In this document: positions 19,823 to 29,704 of the stretch, one piece after another
Layout: each line of letters opens with the position of its first letter
Numbering within the stretch: the first letter of the stretch is position 1
Assembly (NCBI GenBank): GCA_965205485.1
Contig: OZ242180.1
Location: forward strand, 1,760,001 to 1,824,000
DNA length: 64,000 nt
Reading direction: 5' to 3'
Origin: Candidatus Latescibacterota bacterium
GTDB lineage: Bacteria > Latescibacterota > UBA2968 > GCA-2709665
Made by a program: the position numbers and the translations under genes
The notes under the pieces: generated by a model
What the model was told of the DNA's origin: nothing
Database searches by the model: none
What the model saw: the letters and a program-made list of their open reading frames with translations, nothing else

Positions 19823-22081
19823 TCAGAACTCAGCGGCAATCATAGCGTACTGTCCGATGTTCGTCAATGTGGTTTCCAGGTGGTTTCCGTCGAACGTGAC
19901 CTCCAGGTCATCTCCCGTGCAAACGTCCCACACGCGACGAGGAGCGCCCCGCTCCGTGAGCCGCCAGCGCAGGTTCACTTCAGGTATCGTGGGCACATAG
20001 TCAAACTGTGGGCTGAAGCGCGGCCAGATTTCCGGCAGATGCTCGACGCGCTCGCCGGTGTGATTGATCAGAAACAACACCTGGCTTCCTGGTTTTTCAT
20101 TCGGAATTATCACGAGTTGGTTCGGGCCATCGGTCATCAGAGGCCGGCCCTCCGGGTAGAGCCAATCCACCACGGCGCCTAGAAGATCGCGGACGACCAG
20201 CAGGCGATATTCGAAATGAAGCTCCTCCACCGGCGCGGCCAGATAGACGACGCGCCCCTTGCCGACCGTCCGGCAGGTGACGGCGGGACACAGAGCGTCG
20301 TCCGCGCGCCCACCGAAGACGATGTTCGCCACCACGTCGGTTCCCGGCCGCGCCTGGACGAACTCGAACCGATTGATCGGCCACAGCTCCTGCGAGCACC
20401 CCTCGGCCAGCCATTGACCCGGAACGCACCGACCGTACATGTCGAACGTTCCCGCGGCCCAGAGGTGTTGTTCGTAATCAGCGAATTGGTCGGGGTTCGG
20501 GTCCACGCGGTCCACGCCCAGAAGGTCCGCCAGGGCGAAGTTATCGCGCATCTCCTCGGGCTCGGTACCGTACAGGCTCGTCCGGTACGTTGCCAGGAGC
20601 CGCCCGCCCACCTTCACATATTCCGTGATGCCCTCGACTTCCTCCCGCGTGAGATGGCCGACGTTGGGCAGAAACAGAACAGGATATTTTGCCAACGCCG
20701 CTGGATCGGAGAGAACCCGCTCCTCGATCACCGATGTCGGCAAATGGTTGGCCAGCATGGTCGAGAAAGCCCCGCGTCGGCAGGATTGCTGCGGGGGCGT
20801 GCGCACGAGATAGCCCGCCTCGGAGAGCGGGGCCTCGAGTTCCCCCGTACGGTCGGCGAGGTCCTGCTTGAACTGGCCGATGACATCGCGCGGACGATCG
20901 CGCAACACCAGGGGCTCGGCGCGGAACCGCAACCGCTCGAGCATCTCGTACACCCGCACCGGCAAAACAAATGGAATTGCAACAAACGGTGACGGGTGGA
21001 GATCTTCGAAGAGTGATTCATTCAACTCCAGGATCTCAAGGAGCTCCACCAGCTCACGATTGGCTTTGTGGGGAGGCGACAGCCAAAGGTTCACGCCGCA
21101 CGCCACCAGGACGCCCCCTCCGGAAGCAAAGCTGGCTGCCGCTTCCTCGACGAGTTCCATGCCGAAGCACTGCGTCCGCGACCAGCCCGTCAAGGCGCCG
21201 ACGTATTGCCACATAGCCCAACCCGACGACTCGGCCAGACTGGCCGCTTCGAGCCGATGAAGGAAGTCGCCCCCGGCCTCGTAGAGAAATCCATTGTGCA
21301 CCTCCACGATCCTGCGTTCGGGCCAGTTGCCCACACCCAGGCCGTGCGTCAGCACCGGGATGTCCCTCTTCTTTCGCGTCGCGGCGGCGAATTCGAGAAA
21401 GACATCGCCGACGATCCTGCCGTACTGCAGGCTCCACTCTTCCAGCATCTCCCGGTCTTCCCGAGGCAGGCTGTGCGGATCGGGTGCATACGGCATTGGG
21501 CAGCCGAATTGCCTATCGAACTTCTCGAGGCAATAGTCGCAGTAGCACAAGGGTGACTGCGGGGTGTGGTGCGAATGGTAAGGACAGGCAGAATCGGTGT
21601 AGATCGCGTCGACGTTGTGGTCCACCACTTGTGCGATGAAAGCGCAGATAGCCTCTCGGTACGGTGTGTTAAAGCAGACGTGTCGGTGAAATCCGCCGCC
21701 GTGGTGCCTCAGGACAGGTGCGTTGCCTTCGGGGCTGGGGCGGTACATCCACTCCGGATGATGGATCAGCATGTTATCATCGGGAATAATGTGCCCCACG
21801 GGAATGTACCCGATGACGCGCACCTCCCGCGCATGGGCCTCGGCGATAGTCTCGGCGAGCAGGTCGCGCTCACCCAATTGAGGGTGCGGGGGAAAGAACT
21901 CATTGGGGAAGACCGCCCACTTACCCGCGCTGCCGAACCAGATAGCGTTGGCGTGGTATTTCCGCACGACATCGACGAGCTGCTTCGCGTCAAAGTCGAT
22001 GTCGGGCCAGAAGGGCGGGTGGTATTGCTCTATCTGAAAGGTGCGCGCCCGCCGTACCCACTCGTGACTCGGCTTGATCAT
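19823..22081 (-). CDS. Putative glycoside hydrolase (GHL6-like TIM barrel + beta-galactosidase trimerisation domain)
   Basis: DFDAKQLV, HPQLGERDLLAE..AEAH, CFNTPYR, CYCDYC..KF, YPVLFLPNV..L and GGRLLATY motifs. Confidence 0.7.
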   Translation of the reverse strand: MIKPSHEWVRRARTFQIEQYHPPFWPDIDFDAKQLVDVVRKYHANAIWFGSAGKWAVFPNEFFPPHPQLGERDLLAETIAEAHAREVRVIGYIPVGHIIPDDNMLIHHPEWMYRPSPEGNAPVLRHHGGGFHRHVCFNTPYREAICAFIAQVVDHNVDAIYTDSACPYHSHHTPQSPLCYCDYCLEKFDRQFGCPMPYAPDPHSLPREDREMLEEWSLQYGRIVGDVFLEFAAATRKKRDIPVLTHGLGVGNWPERRIVEVHNGFLYEAGGDFLHRLEAASLAESSGWAMWQYVGALTGWSRTQCFGMELVEEAAASFASGGGVLVACGVNLWLSPPHKANRELVELLEILELNESLFEDLHPSPFVAIPFVLPVRVYEMLERLRFRAEPLVLRDRPRDVIGQFKQDLADRTGELEAPLSEAGYLVRTPPQQSCRRGAFSTMLANHLPTSVIEERVLSDPAALAKYPVLFLPNVGHLTREEVEGITEYVKVGGRLLATYRTSLYGTEPEEMRDNFALADLLGVDRVDPNPDQFADYEQHLWAAGTFDMYGRCVPGQWLAEGCSQELWPINRFEFVQARPGTDVVANIVFGGRADDALCPAVTCRTVGKGRVVYLAAPVEELHFEYRLLVVRDLLGAVVDWLYPEGRPLMTDGPNQLVIIPNEKPGSQVLFLINHTGERVEHLPEIWPRFSPQFDYVPTIPEVNLRWRLTERGAPRRVWDVCTGDDLEVTFDGNHLETTLTNIGQYAMIAAEF

Positions 22082-22436
22082 AGCGATGACCTCAAAAATC
22101 TGTACCGTCCTTTTTGCCGCAGAGACCGCAGAGAACGGCCTTCCATGACTCACGCCCGCTTACCATGATCGAGAAGCCGAGAAATATCAGGCTGAACCCC
22201 AGCCGGCAGCCCAGGCTCGGCTGTCGGCGCCAACTCAGGATCCGAGCTAACAGGAGCAACGTCGAGAATGGACGAAGAACGCTTTGGTTGACGGCGGAAG
22301 GTCCGCTCCCACGTTTAACCCGAGGACCTCAACGACCCTCGCCGCTGTCATGAGAATGGGAAGCAGGAGTGCAGGTAACGCCGCAACCAGAGAAGCACGG
22401 AGGTCATTCGCAGTCATTGGTTTCGACTGGCAAGGC

Positions 22437-22519
22437 TGCTAACGTCTTCCGCGCCCCCGAACCGCGAAGCGGTTGCGCGGAGGGCCGAATGGCCCGAAGC
22501 CGGGGGCACGGTGTTAGAG
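22437..22519 (-). other. attC-like integron cassette recombination site
   Basis: Minus strand CTCTAAC...GTGCCCCCG / CGGGGGCGC...GTTAGCA; 83-bp imperfect palindrome just after the antitoxin stop. Confidence 0.55.
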
Positions 22520-22551
22520 GCTGTGTGGCAGGGGTGGGGTTGAGTGGTTAC

Positions 22552-22842
22552 TCAAGCGTTTAACGACCGAGCCACGGTTTCTGGGTTTTCCGAAGCAATC
22601 TTGAGTAGGGCCCGAGCAGGACCCTCGGGACGGCGCCGTCCCTGTTCCCAATTTTGCAAAGTAGAGACGCTGACGCCAATCATCAGGGCGAATTCAGATT
22701 GCGACTTATCCAGTTTATTTCGGATCATCCTGATATCGGCGGGATCCATCTGGGTCGTGCGCCCTGGCTTCGACTTGCCGCGCTTGATCGCGCCAGCTTG
22801 TTTGACGCTGGCTGCAAGTTGGTCAAAGTCACGCTCATTCAT
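22552..22842 (-). CDS. HigA/NadS-type HTH antitoxin
   Basis: SQSEFALMIGVSVSTLQNWEQGRRRPEGPARALL; ATGA overlap with toxin. Confidence 0.9.
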   Translation of the reverse strand: MNERDFDQLAASVKQAGAIKRGKSKPGRTTQMDPADIRMIRNKLDKSQSEFALMIGVSVSTLQNWEQGRRRPEGPARALLKIASENPETVARSLNA

Positions 22843-23156
22843 GCCAGATACTCCCTTACGAGTTTGCTAAGCAGATTGCACTGTCGAGGGGTGAGATCTT
22901 CCTGCCGGCTCTTCCGATACACCCAGAGCATATAGACAACCTCGGCCGGCTTGTCCCAATAGTAGATCACACGAAGACCGCCCTGTTTGCCAGCGTGCGG
23001 CAATTTCCATCTCAGTTTTCGCAATCCACCTGTATGCGGAATCAGCGCTCCTGATTCTGGCCGGAATAGGAGCGCCTGCTGTATTGCCCGGTAGTCCTCA
23101 TCCGATAGTAGGGTCAAGATCTCCTTTGTGAAGATTGGCGTCTCGACGAAGATCAT
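22839..23156 (-). CDS. RelE/HigB-family toxin
   Basis: MIFVETPIF, G.LIP.TGGLRKLRW, GK.GGLRVIYY and YxK..QEDL motifs. Confidence 0.9.
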   Translation of the reverse strand: MIFVETPIFTKEILTLLSDEDYRAIQQALLFRPESGALIPHTGGLRKLRWKLPHAGKQGGLRVIYYWDKPAEVVYMLWVYRKSRQEDLTPRQCNLLSKLVREYLA

Positions 23157-23162
23157 ACGCAC

Positions 23163-23191
23163 AATATACGCCAATGACGTATAGCACGCAA
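23163..23191 (-). promoter_or_regulatory. Sigma70-like promoter with overlapping operator palindrome
   Basis: TTGCGT-17-TATATT, 6 nt before the ATG; TATACG-N7-CGTATA at 23165-23183. Confidence 0.7.
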
Positions 23192-23334
23192 GGTCTTTAC
23201 TTTGGCCACATGGCCCCTAACTACGGTATTACCGAACAGTTACGGTAACGCGTACCTAATGCGAAGATCTGCGAACATTCGGGAACATGCTGCATAGAAG
23301 CTTGTAGGCCGAACATGCTCGCCTTCAGAAACCG

Positions 23335-23515
23335 CGCGTGAGCTCCCTTTTTCCTGGCTTTCTCCTTCGAGTACGTTAGCATCTCGTCACTTGTGTCGAT
23401 TCCTATGAAAGCGACGGGCGGCCTCTTCCAGAACGTCTACCTCCCGCGGAATATCGCGGAAAGAGAACGCGATCTCGTAATACTCGGGGAGTTGATAGAT
23501 GTCATTCAAGGTCAC
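23335..23515 (-). pseudogene. Remnant of a class I SAM methyltransferase
   Basis: Translated by hand: MTLNDIYQLPEYYEIAFSFRDIPREVDVLEE, then IGIDTSDEMLTYSKEKA in another frame; motif I missing. Confidence 0.55.
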
Positions 23516-23658
23516 GCACTCCTCACAGGCTCGGAAGAGTAACCGGTCCGCTCTCGAACGTGGAGATGGTCTTCAGCCTCTGTCCAACCAAAGTCAGGAA
23601 TGCTCACCATCACAACTGCCAGTATTGCCAATGATCGTCTCATCAGATGTACCTTGCC

Positions 23659-24372
23659 TTATTCGGTCTGTGTCACCTGGACGGTGTGGTAAGTCAGCTC
23701 CCAATGCTTCTCTCCCGGCCACTCCCGGTACTGAATATCCGATCCGAAGCCGCTCAACGCGGAAACGAGTTCCTGTTCGGTCGGGAAATTCTTCACGATG
23801 TCGTACTCCCGCCCATCCGCGAGAACACGCCGTTCGATGGTATCGCCGTGGGCATCCTCGTGCCGTTGCGAGGCCATGCCGTCAACTCTGGGAACGACAT
23901 ATTCGAGCTGGTCCGAAAAAAGCACCGGCGCTCCGGGGATCAGCCTTCGGTGAAGTGATCGCAGAAACGCTCCCACGCGGGACACGGGAACGTGCGACCA
24001 CCACCAGACGGCGAACGCTGCCGTGAAAGTACCTGCCTCGGGGCCAAGGGAATACGCGTCTGCCAGACGGAATTTCACGTGCGGGAAACGTTCACACCTC
24101 GACTGAGCCCGGGAGATCATCTCAGGGTTGACGTCGATTCCGACAACCGACTTTGCGGTTTCCGCGAGGACCGCCGTCCAGTATCCGGTTCCACACGCGA
24201 TCTCGATGACGTCGTGTCCCCGAAAAATCTGCTGAAGTCTTCTCTTCTTCGCAACGCGGAGCGTTTCTCTGTCGTGAGTCAGATACCCGGCGCTGAGATC
24301 GTACTCCGGCGCGCGCGCCGCATAGTACCGGGCGGTTTCTTCGGATGTCGTGTCGCTGGAATGAGGCGTCAT
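23659..24372 (-). CDS. Class I SAM-dependent methyltransferase
   Basis: VIEIACGTGYWT motif I; VGIDVNPEMI; WWWSHVP. Confidence 0.9.
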   Translation of the reverse strand: MTPHSSDTTSEETARYYAARAPEYDLSAGYLTHDRETLRVAKKRRLQQIFRGHDVIEIACGTGYWTAVLAETAKSVVGIDVNPEMISRAQSRCERFPHVKFRLADAYSLGPEAGTFTAAFAVWWWSHVPVSRVGAFLRSLHRRLIPGAPVLFSDQLEYVVPRVDGMASQRHEDAHGDTIERRVLADGREYDIVKNFPTEQELVSALSGFGSDIQYREWPGEKHWELTYHTVQVTQTE

Positions 24373-24447
24373 TTCGAAGGTCCCTGGAGGAATTTCCTGT
24401 GCTGTGGCGGTTTCACCAGGAGTTCCTCCGCATGTGCGTGCTGAGCC

Positions 24448-24535
24448 GCTCCCTGAGCTTGTCGAAGGGTCGGCGAAGGTCGAATGGCATGGATCCGAGT
24501 GCGAAGCGCGGGCATTTCGACAAGCTCAATGAACG
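24448..24535. repeat. REP-like inverted pair (TTCGACAAGCTCA type)
   Basis: TGAGCTTGTCGAA (24454-24466) and TTCGACAAGCTCA (24516-24528); same motif inside the MITE at about 36208. Confidence 0.7.
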
Positions 24536-24639
24536 CGCTTCGACGGACTCTTTTTCACCGTAGCGCAAACTGACAAATTGCGCTGCCAGATCAAGCGTCT
24601 TCACCTGCCAGTGTCTTTCTTCCCAGCGCACCATGGCAT

Positions 24640-25464
24640 TCAGCTCACGCCGATTCTCCTGAACAGAAACAGCGCTTCGACCGTGAAGGCGGCTCGATGT
24701 TCGTCTCCGTGATTCGTGGTCCAGCCCCCGTCATCCTGCTGAAAGCCTCTCACCTTTTCGAGCGATATATCGAAGAGGTCTTCCGCGACTTCACCTGCAA
24801 GGTGGCTGGCATAAGCGATCGAGATCGTGTCTCCCGGGTCCGCCTTGTCAGTCGCAACGGCATCGTAGAGAACGTTCCTGCAGCCTCTGATGATTTTTTC
24901 ATCCGCTTCGTCGCCGGATCCAATCCGACTCAACAGAGGCATTGCCATCCAATGCGTGTGCTGGTAGACCGGGAATCTTTCGCCATTCCAGCCCTGCCGG
25001 AGAAACTCCAGCGCCTTCGAGAAATCCATCTGTTGTTCCCGGCCCGATTCCTTCAGTTTACAACAGATCGCGGAGGTCAGCCACACCTGATTCTCGTACC
25101 GCCCGGGCAGCATCCAGAATGGCGGATTGAAGTTGACGATCTCATCCGGTTCGTCCCAACTCCCGTCTTCGCGCTGGGTTCTTCGAAGATAATCGACCGT
25201 GTCCGTAAATACCGCACTGTTTCGATCTCCAATCCAGTTCAGCCATTGCACCGCCACCCACGTCGCACTGATAATTGACAGGTCTCCCTGAAAGTCCTTG
25301 TCGGTTCGCGTCCAGCCCCCATCATCCCGTTGATAGGCTCGAAGCGCTCCGATCACCTCTTCGCGACCGCAATTGCCGCGCGCATACAGGGCGAGACTCG
25401 AAAGAACGGGATCCTTTGTGTCGAGAATGAAAGCAACTGCTTTGTCAAGATCGACGGCGCTCAC
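24640..25464 (-). CDS. Prenyltransferase/squalene-oxidase-repeat (alpha/alpha barrel) protein
   Basis: QW-like repeats QRDDGGW, QREDGSW and QQDDGGW. Confidence 0.7.
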   Translation of the reverse strand: MSAVDLDKAVAFILDTKDPVLSSLALYARGNCGREEVIGALRAYQRDDGGWTRTDKDFQGDLSIISATWVAVQWLNWIGDRNSAVFTDTVDYLRRTQREDGSWDEPDEIVNFNPPFWMLPGRYENQVWLTSAICCKLKESGREQQMDFSKALEFLRQGWNGERFPVYQHTHWMAMPLLSRIGSGDEADEKIIRGCRNVLYDAVATDKADPGDTISIAYASHLAGEVAEDLFDISLEKVRGFQQDDGGWTTNHGDEHRAAFTVEALFLFRRIGVS

Positions 25465-25588
25465 GTCACCATCTCCATTATGGACGTTTCCGAATGTTCA
25501 ATGCGGCTTATATATATTAAATAAGATATGTCCCATATTATATATGGTATAAATTCGCGATAATTCGGCCTGATCTGTTCGATATATA

Positions 25589-26029
25589 TCACGGTTTGCT
25601 ACTATTTTCGCAGTTCTGCCGTTCGAAATTGCGGACGACCATGCCCACGCACTCGGAAAAACCCTGCTTGACGTAGAAATCAGCCACCTCCCTGTCGCAC
25701 ACGAGGTCAATCATATACAGATGGCCAACCTGTTCGAGCATTCGCCGGACCAGCTCGGCGCCAATGCCCATACCCTGGTATTCCGGGAGTACGCTGAGGT
25801 GGGGAATATACGCGCAGGACACCCCGTCCGTGATGGCCGAAATCCAGCCGGCGACCGTTCCTTGCGTCGAAACAGCCAGAACCAGGTGATCGCTGCCCTG
25901 AAGGATCCTGAGATGGGCATCCGGGGAGGGTGGATTGGGCCACCCCATGAAGTGACCCTTGAGATTGTCGGAACGGATTCCCTCAAGGGTACTCTGGTAT
26001 CTGATTGAGACCGCGTCGTGGGTGTCCAT
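25589..26029 (-). CDS. GNAT N-acetyltransferase
   Basis: VLPEYQGMGIG acetyl-CoA motif; FY.KQGF. Confidence 0.9.
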   Translation of the reverse strand: MDTHDAVSIRYQSTLEGIRSDNLKGHFMGWPNPPSPDAHLRILQGSDHLVLAVSTQGTVAGWISAITDGVSCAYIPHLSVLPEYQGMGIGAELVRRMLEQVGHLYMIDLVCDREVADFYVKQGFSECVGMVVRNFERQNCENSSKP

Positions 26030-26097
26030 GAGTTCAATTGCTTGCTATGCGGATTAACGTCTTAGCGGGACCGGCGCGCTTCCTGCCGTGTGATCAG

Positions 26098-26853
26098 TCA
26101 GGCAGCTGTCAGGGCGGGTTTCGCGGCGACGGCTACGAACCGACCGGATTCCCTGCCGTATTCCTCTCCCTCGAAACTCCCGCAGAGTCTCACATCTCCG
26201 AATCCGGCCGCGAGCAGCCTGTCCTTCAGCTCCTGGCCGGAATAGATGGTGTGGTGAAACTCGAAGGTGCGGACCTCCGGACCCTTGATGATGGTCCATT
26301 CATTTCTGATGCGGGTCCATTCGTCGAAGATCTCGTGGCGCTGAACCAGCAGGGTACCGTCTTCCAGCTTTTGGGAGACCGTCGGCTGGAAGATCCGAGC
26401 CAGCTTTTCCTTGCCCATGAGGTCCATTACGAGACGTCCGCCGGGCTTCAGGCTGGCGAAGATCTTCCGCAGCACCCTGACGTCCTCGTCTTTGGCATCG
26501 AAGTATCCGAAGGAAGTGTTGAGATTGAGAACAAGGTCGAAGGCTTCCGGCCGCTCAAACTCACGCATGTCTTTCTCGATCCATTCGATGTCCGGATTCC
26601 CTTGCGCAGCCCTCGTCCGCCCTTCGTCCAGCAGAAACGGGCTCCGGTCGACCGCCGTGACCCTGAACCCGCGCTGCGCCAGGGGGATCGAAAAGCGGCC
26701 GGGTCCGCAACACAGGTCGAGGACCGTGCCCGAGTCCAACCCGACCAGATTCAGGATGTTCTCAACGTGCGTCTCGGCAGCCTCAAACCTTGCCTCTGAA
26801 AATAGAAACGGATAAGTCGCTTTCCAGAACGACTCATCCTCATACCATTCCAA
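26098..26853 (-). CDS. Class I SAM-dependent methyltransferase
   Basis: VLDLCCGPGR, DMREF, SFGYF and LKPGGRL motifs; TTG start chosen because it follows GGAGG (start uncertain). Confidence 0.88.
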   Translation of the reverse strand: MEWYEDESFWKATYPFLFSEARFEAAETHVENILNLVGLDSGTVLDLCCGPGRFSIPLAQRGFRVTAVDRSPFLLDEGRTRAAQGNPDIEWIEKDMREFERPEAFDLVLNLNTSFGYFDAKDEDVRVLRKIFASLKPGGRLVMDLMGKEKLARIFQPTVSQKLEDGTLLVQRHEIFDEWTRIRNEWTIIKGPEVRTFEFHHTIYSGQELKDRLLAAGFGDVRLCGSFEGEEYGRESGRFVAVAAKPALTAA

Positions 26854-26879
26854 AACGGACACCTCCAGGTAGTACCAAC

Positions 26880-27068
26880 TCAATGCAACTCGACGACTTC
26901 CTCGTTATCGTCAGGATCGCCAGCGACTTCCAGATACTCGCGTATTGCCGTTTCGATGTTTGCATTCGCTTCATCTTCGGTGGCTCCCTGCGACCAGCAA
27001 CCTGGCAGTCCGGGTACCGAGACACTATAGCCTTCATCGGATTTGTGTAGCGCGATCTTGTAACGCAT
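26880..27068 (-). CDS. hicB: Orphan HicB-like antitoxin (62 aa)
   Basis: EGYSVSVPGLPGCWSQGATEDEA.ANI..AI.EYL; GGAGA RBS; embedded in the C-terminal part of ORF 26880..27533. Confidence 0.85.
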   Translation of the reverse strand: MRYKIALHKSDEGYSVSVPGLPGCWSQGATEDEANANIETAIREYLEVAGDPDDNEEVVELH

Positions 27069-27121
27069 ATGTCTCCTTGCAGCAATCAACTCGCATATTC
27101 CAACACAAACTCCTTGCTCGC

Positions 27122-27967
27122 CTAACTGGCCACGAAGTGCCGGAAAAGCGGCTTCACGTCCTCCGGAAGTGCCTCGTAAACGTCTCGGCCCAGGGGCTCC
27201 ATCTCGTAGTTCTTCCCGCCGGTCTCCACCACCATCATTTCGTGCTCCGGCGTGCCTTTGTGCGTCGGATTCAGGTTCAGCCACCAGGGCGCGTAACGCA
27301 CGATCAGGGCCACCCGGGGGCTGTCGCTCCGGTTGGGGGCAACCGCGTGCCACTGCCGGCTGTCGTAGAGCAGTACCGATCCCGCCCTGCCCTGGGCATT
27401 GATCTCGGTCGGCTGGGGCGCCTCGTTGTCGAAGCCGGCGATATCTCCCGTCGCCGGATTGTGGTCCTTCCGGTGCGTGCCCGGCAACAGCAGCGTCCCT
27501 CCGTTGGCCGCGGTGAAATCGGTCAGCATCCACAGCGACGACGCGTGCATCATCACGTCGGGGTAGGGGGTGGGGACATTGGAGGCGTTCGTCTGGTTGA
27601 ACGGCCAGTCCGCGTGCCAGTAGCCGCGCTCGTTCCCCGGGTGGTTCACCACGACGTCCGTGCAGGAGATCCTCAGCCAGGGACCGAAGATAATCTCGAG
27701 GGCCCCGACGATCCGCCGGTCGGCCAGGTACGGCGCGAACGACTGGTCGTGGTTGATGGCCTGCTTGAGCACGCCGACGCCTCGGGCGCCCACGCGGTGG
27801 CCCCTGGCCCGGGTCGCCCTCTCCCTGGCCTGGTGGGCGGCGTCATTGGCGGCCTGCGCCCGCAGGACGCGTTCGCGGATCCCGTCCACTTCCCCGGAGG
27901 GAATGACGTCCTCGACGATACAGCAACCGTTTTTCTTGATATGGCGCGCAATTTCATGTGGATCCAT
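27122..27967 (-). CDS. PhyH-family dioxygenase
   Basis: WHAD, LTDFT..NGGT..LPGTH, WHA and R motifs. Confidence 0.9.
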   Translation of the reverse strand: MDPHEIARHIKKNGCCIVEDVIPSGEVDGIRERVLRAQAANDAAHQARERATRARGHRVGARGVGVLKQAINHDQSFAPYLADRRIVGALEIIFGPWLRISCTDVVVNHPGNERGYWHADWPFNQTNASNVPTPYPDVMMHASSLWMLTDFTAANGGTLLLPGTHRKDHNPATGDIAGFDNEAPQPTEINAQGRAGSVLLYDSRQWHAVAPNRSDSPRVALIVRYAPWWLNLNPTHKGTPEHEMMVVETGGKNYEMEPLGRDVYEALPEDVKPLFRHFVAS

Positions 27968-28002
27968 GTGTTTGTCCTTTGCCCTGTCCTCCTGCGTATG
28001 TA

Positions 28003-29076
28003 CTATCCGTACACCGCCTGAATCATGGCATTGATGTAACCGAAGCAGTACGCGTAGGACTGATAGGAACGGTTCGGATCGTCGTCGGTCCAGGGGACGT
28101 GATCGGGATCGATTCCGTAACAGTAGCCGGTGTCCTTGAGGGCCTTTATCACACGGTAGAAGTCCATGTCTCCCTCATCGGGCAGAGACTCGCGGAAGCT
28201 GTACAGCCCTCCGATGATGTTTCGATAGTGAACCAGGAAGATCGTATTGCGGCTGCCGAAGTACTCAATGATGGGATAGATCTCGGTGGCCGGGTCTTCG
28301 AGCCCTTCTCCGACGGAGCCCACGCAGAAGTTCCAGCCGTGATAAGGTCCGCGCTGTATCTCGATGAAACGCTTCATGCCCTCGAAGTCATTGAGGACTT
28401 TGTCAACGCCCTTGTAGCCGGGAGGCGTGGCGGGGTCCTCCTGGGAATTGCCCATTCGCACCTTGAATTCTTCCGCCACCGGAATCATGCGTTCCAGCAG
28501 ATACTCGATGCGTTCCCAGTACATGTCCGCCGTGACGCGCCCGGCCTCGGTCAGCCTGGCCTGTTCTTCCGCCGGGATCTTGTCCACGCGGAACGCGGTG
28601 TGGAAGAAGCCGCCGCGGCCTTCCTCCGGTTCGGTGCGGTCGATGGGCAGGACGCAGGTGTTGTATCGCAAGGAGTCGACGCCGGCGCGCGAGGCGGTCC
28701 GGATCATCTCGCACACCAGATCGATCTCCCGGTCGCGCTCCGGGCTTTTGCCATGGTAGATGATGTTCGGAAAACGCTCGTATATGGGCAGTGAGCTCAT
28801 ATCCAGTGTAATCCCAAACCGCTCGTGGTGTTCCCGTACCTGGACCAGTTCGTCGAGGTCCCATCCGCGGCCGTCATGGAACGGAAAGATAACGGCCTTG
28901 TGGCGCACGCCGCACCGCTGCAGAAAGCGCAACTCAGCGTCGGTGGACCCGAAACTCTGTGTGCGCACGTACATACGCCCGCCGTTCGATGACGTTGACT
29001 GTGACGCGTCTCCTGAGGCGGAAGCCGCCGCCTCCCCGGCTGCCAGGCCCTGTTCAAATGGATCGGATTTCGTCAT
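28003..29076 (-). CDS. Mannonate dehydratase (UxuA) family protein
   Basis: LLERMIPVAEEFKVRM, NFCVGS, VHYRN, E..PDEGDMD and PDHVP; the usual HPDDP reads SQEDP, so substrate is uncertain. Confidence 0.75.
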   Translation of the reverse strand: MTKSDPFEQGLAAGEAAASASGDASQSTSSNGGRMYVRTQSFGSTDAELRFLQRCGVRHKAVIFPFHDGRGWDLDELVQVREHHERFGITLDMSSLPIYERFPNIIYHGKSPERDREIDLVCEMIRTASRAGVDSLRYNTCVLPIDRTEPEEGRGGFFHTAFRVDKIPAEEQARLTEAGRVTADMYWERIEYLLERMIPVAEEFKVRMGNSQEDPATPPGYKGVDKVLNDFEGMKRFIEIQRGPYHGWNFCVGSVGEGLEDPATEIYPIIEYFGSRNTIFLVHYRNIIGGLYSFRESLPDEGDMDFYRVIKALKDTGYCYGIDPDHVPWTDDDPNRSYQSYAYCFGYINAMIQAVYG

Positions 29077-29192
29077 TTGATTCCTTTCATTGTTTAGGCG
29101 TCGACTCGTGAAAACAGATCGCGCGAACTGTCGCCATTTGACCCCTGGTTCATCGACGCGCCCCGTTTTTCTGGCTTTTCTCCCCCTTTCCT

Positions 29193-29447
29193 TCAGGAGA
29201 GGGGGTTGGGAGGAGAGGTCTGCGCCGTCGGGAAGACATCATCAAATGCAAGCGGTTCGCTCGCGGCAATTTCTCTTCTGGCTGCTTCGGCCAAACGGTC
29301 CCACTGCTCATCGGTTGTGGCATCAAAACGTGATGTCCAGGCATCCTCGTCCTTCAGGTCGGCCAGAATACGTGTGGCAATGGCATCCTGTTTGTCTGGC
29401 GGCAGCTTCTGGACTTCTGAAAATGCCTGCTGAAGCAAGTTGGTCAT
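29193..29447 (-). CDS. Small antitoxin-like protein, no partner toxin seen
   Basis: LL..AF.EV.KLP...QDAIA..IL..L.DE..W..RF pattern typical of genes preceding RelE/ParE toxins. Confidence 0.6.
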   Translation of the reverse strand: MTNLLQQAFSEVQKLPPDKQDAIATRILADLKDEDAWTSRFDATTDEQWDRLAEAARREIAASEPLAFDDVFPTAQTSPPNPLS

Positions 29448-29704
29448 TTCTTCACTTCATTTCACGAATGCACAGTTATCTGGAAATATAACACCAAATG
29501 CTGATATTGGTTGGATATACTTCTGACCAGGCGGGTAGCTGGGGTTTAAGGTGGTTCTGCTCCTTCACGCTCTCTATTGCTCGCTTGTCTACTTGGGTCC
29601 ATTGTTTCGCAAACGCAGGCATGGATGGTTCTACCTGAATAAACGAAAACCTCGTGCGAAATTCACATGAGGTTGGACGCATAAACACGCGATTTTACTT
29701 TAAT

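Noticed and set aside
25495..25570. dif site or replication origin in the AT-rich patch
   Set aside because: No adequate match to the XerC/XerD consensus and no DnaA-box cluster
29476..29688. 70-aa ORF as a third gene of the DUF2188 operon
   Set aside because: No clear RBS or recognisable motif; cannot be supported
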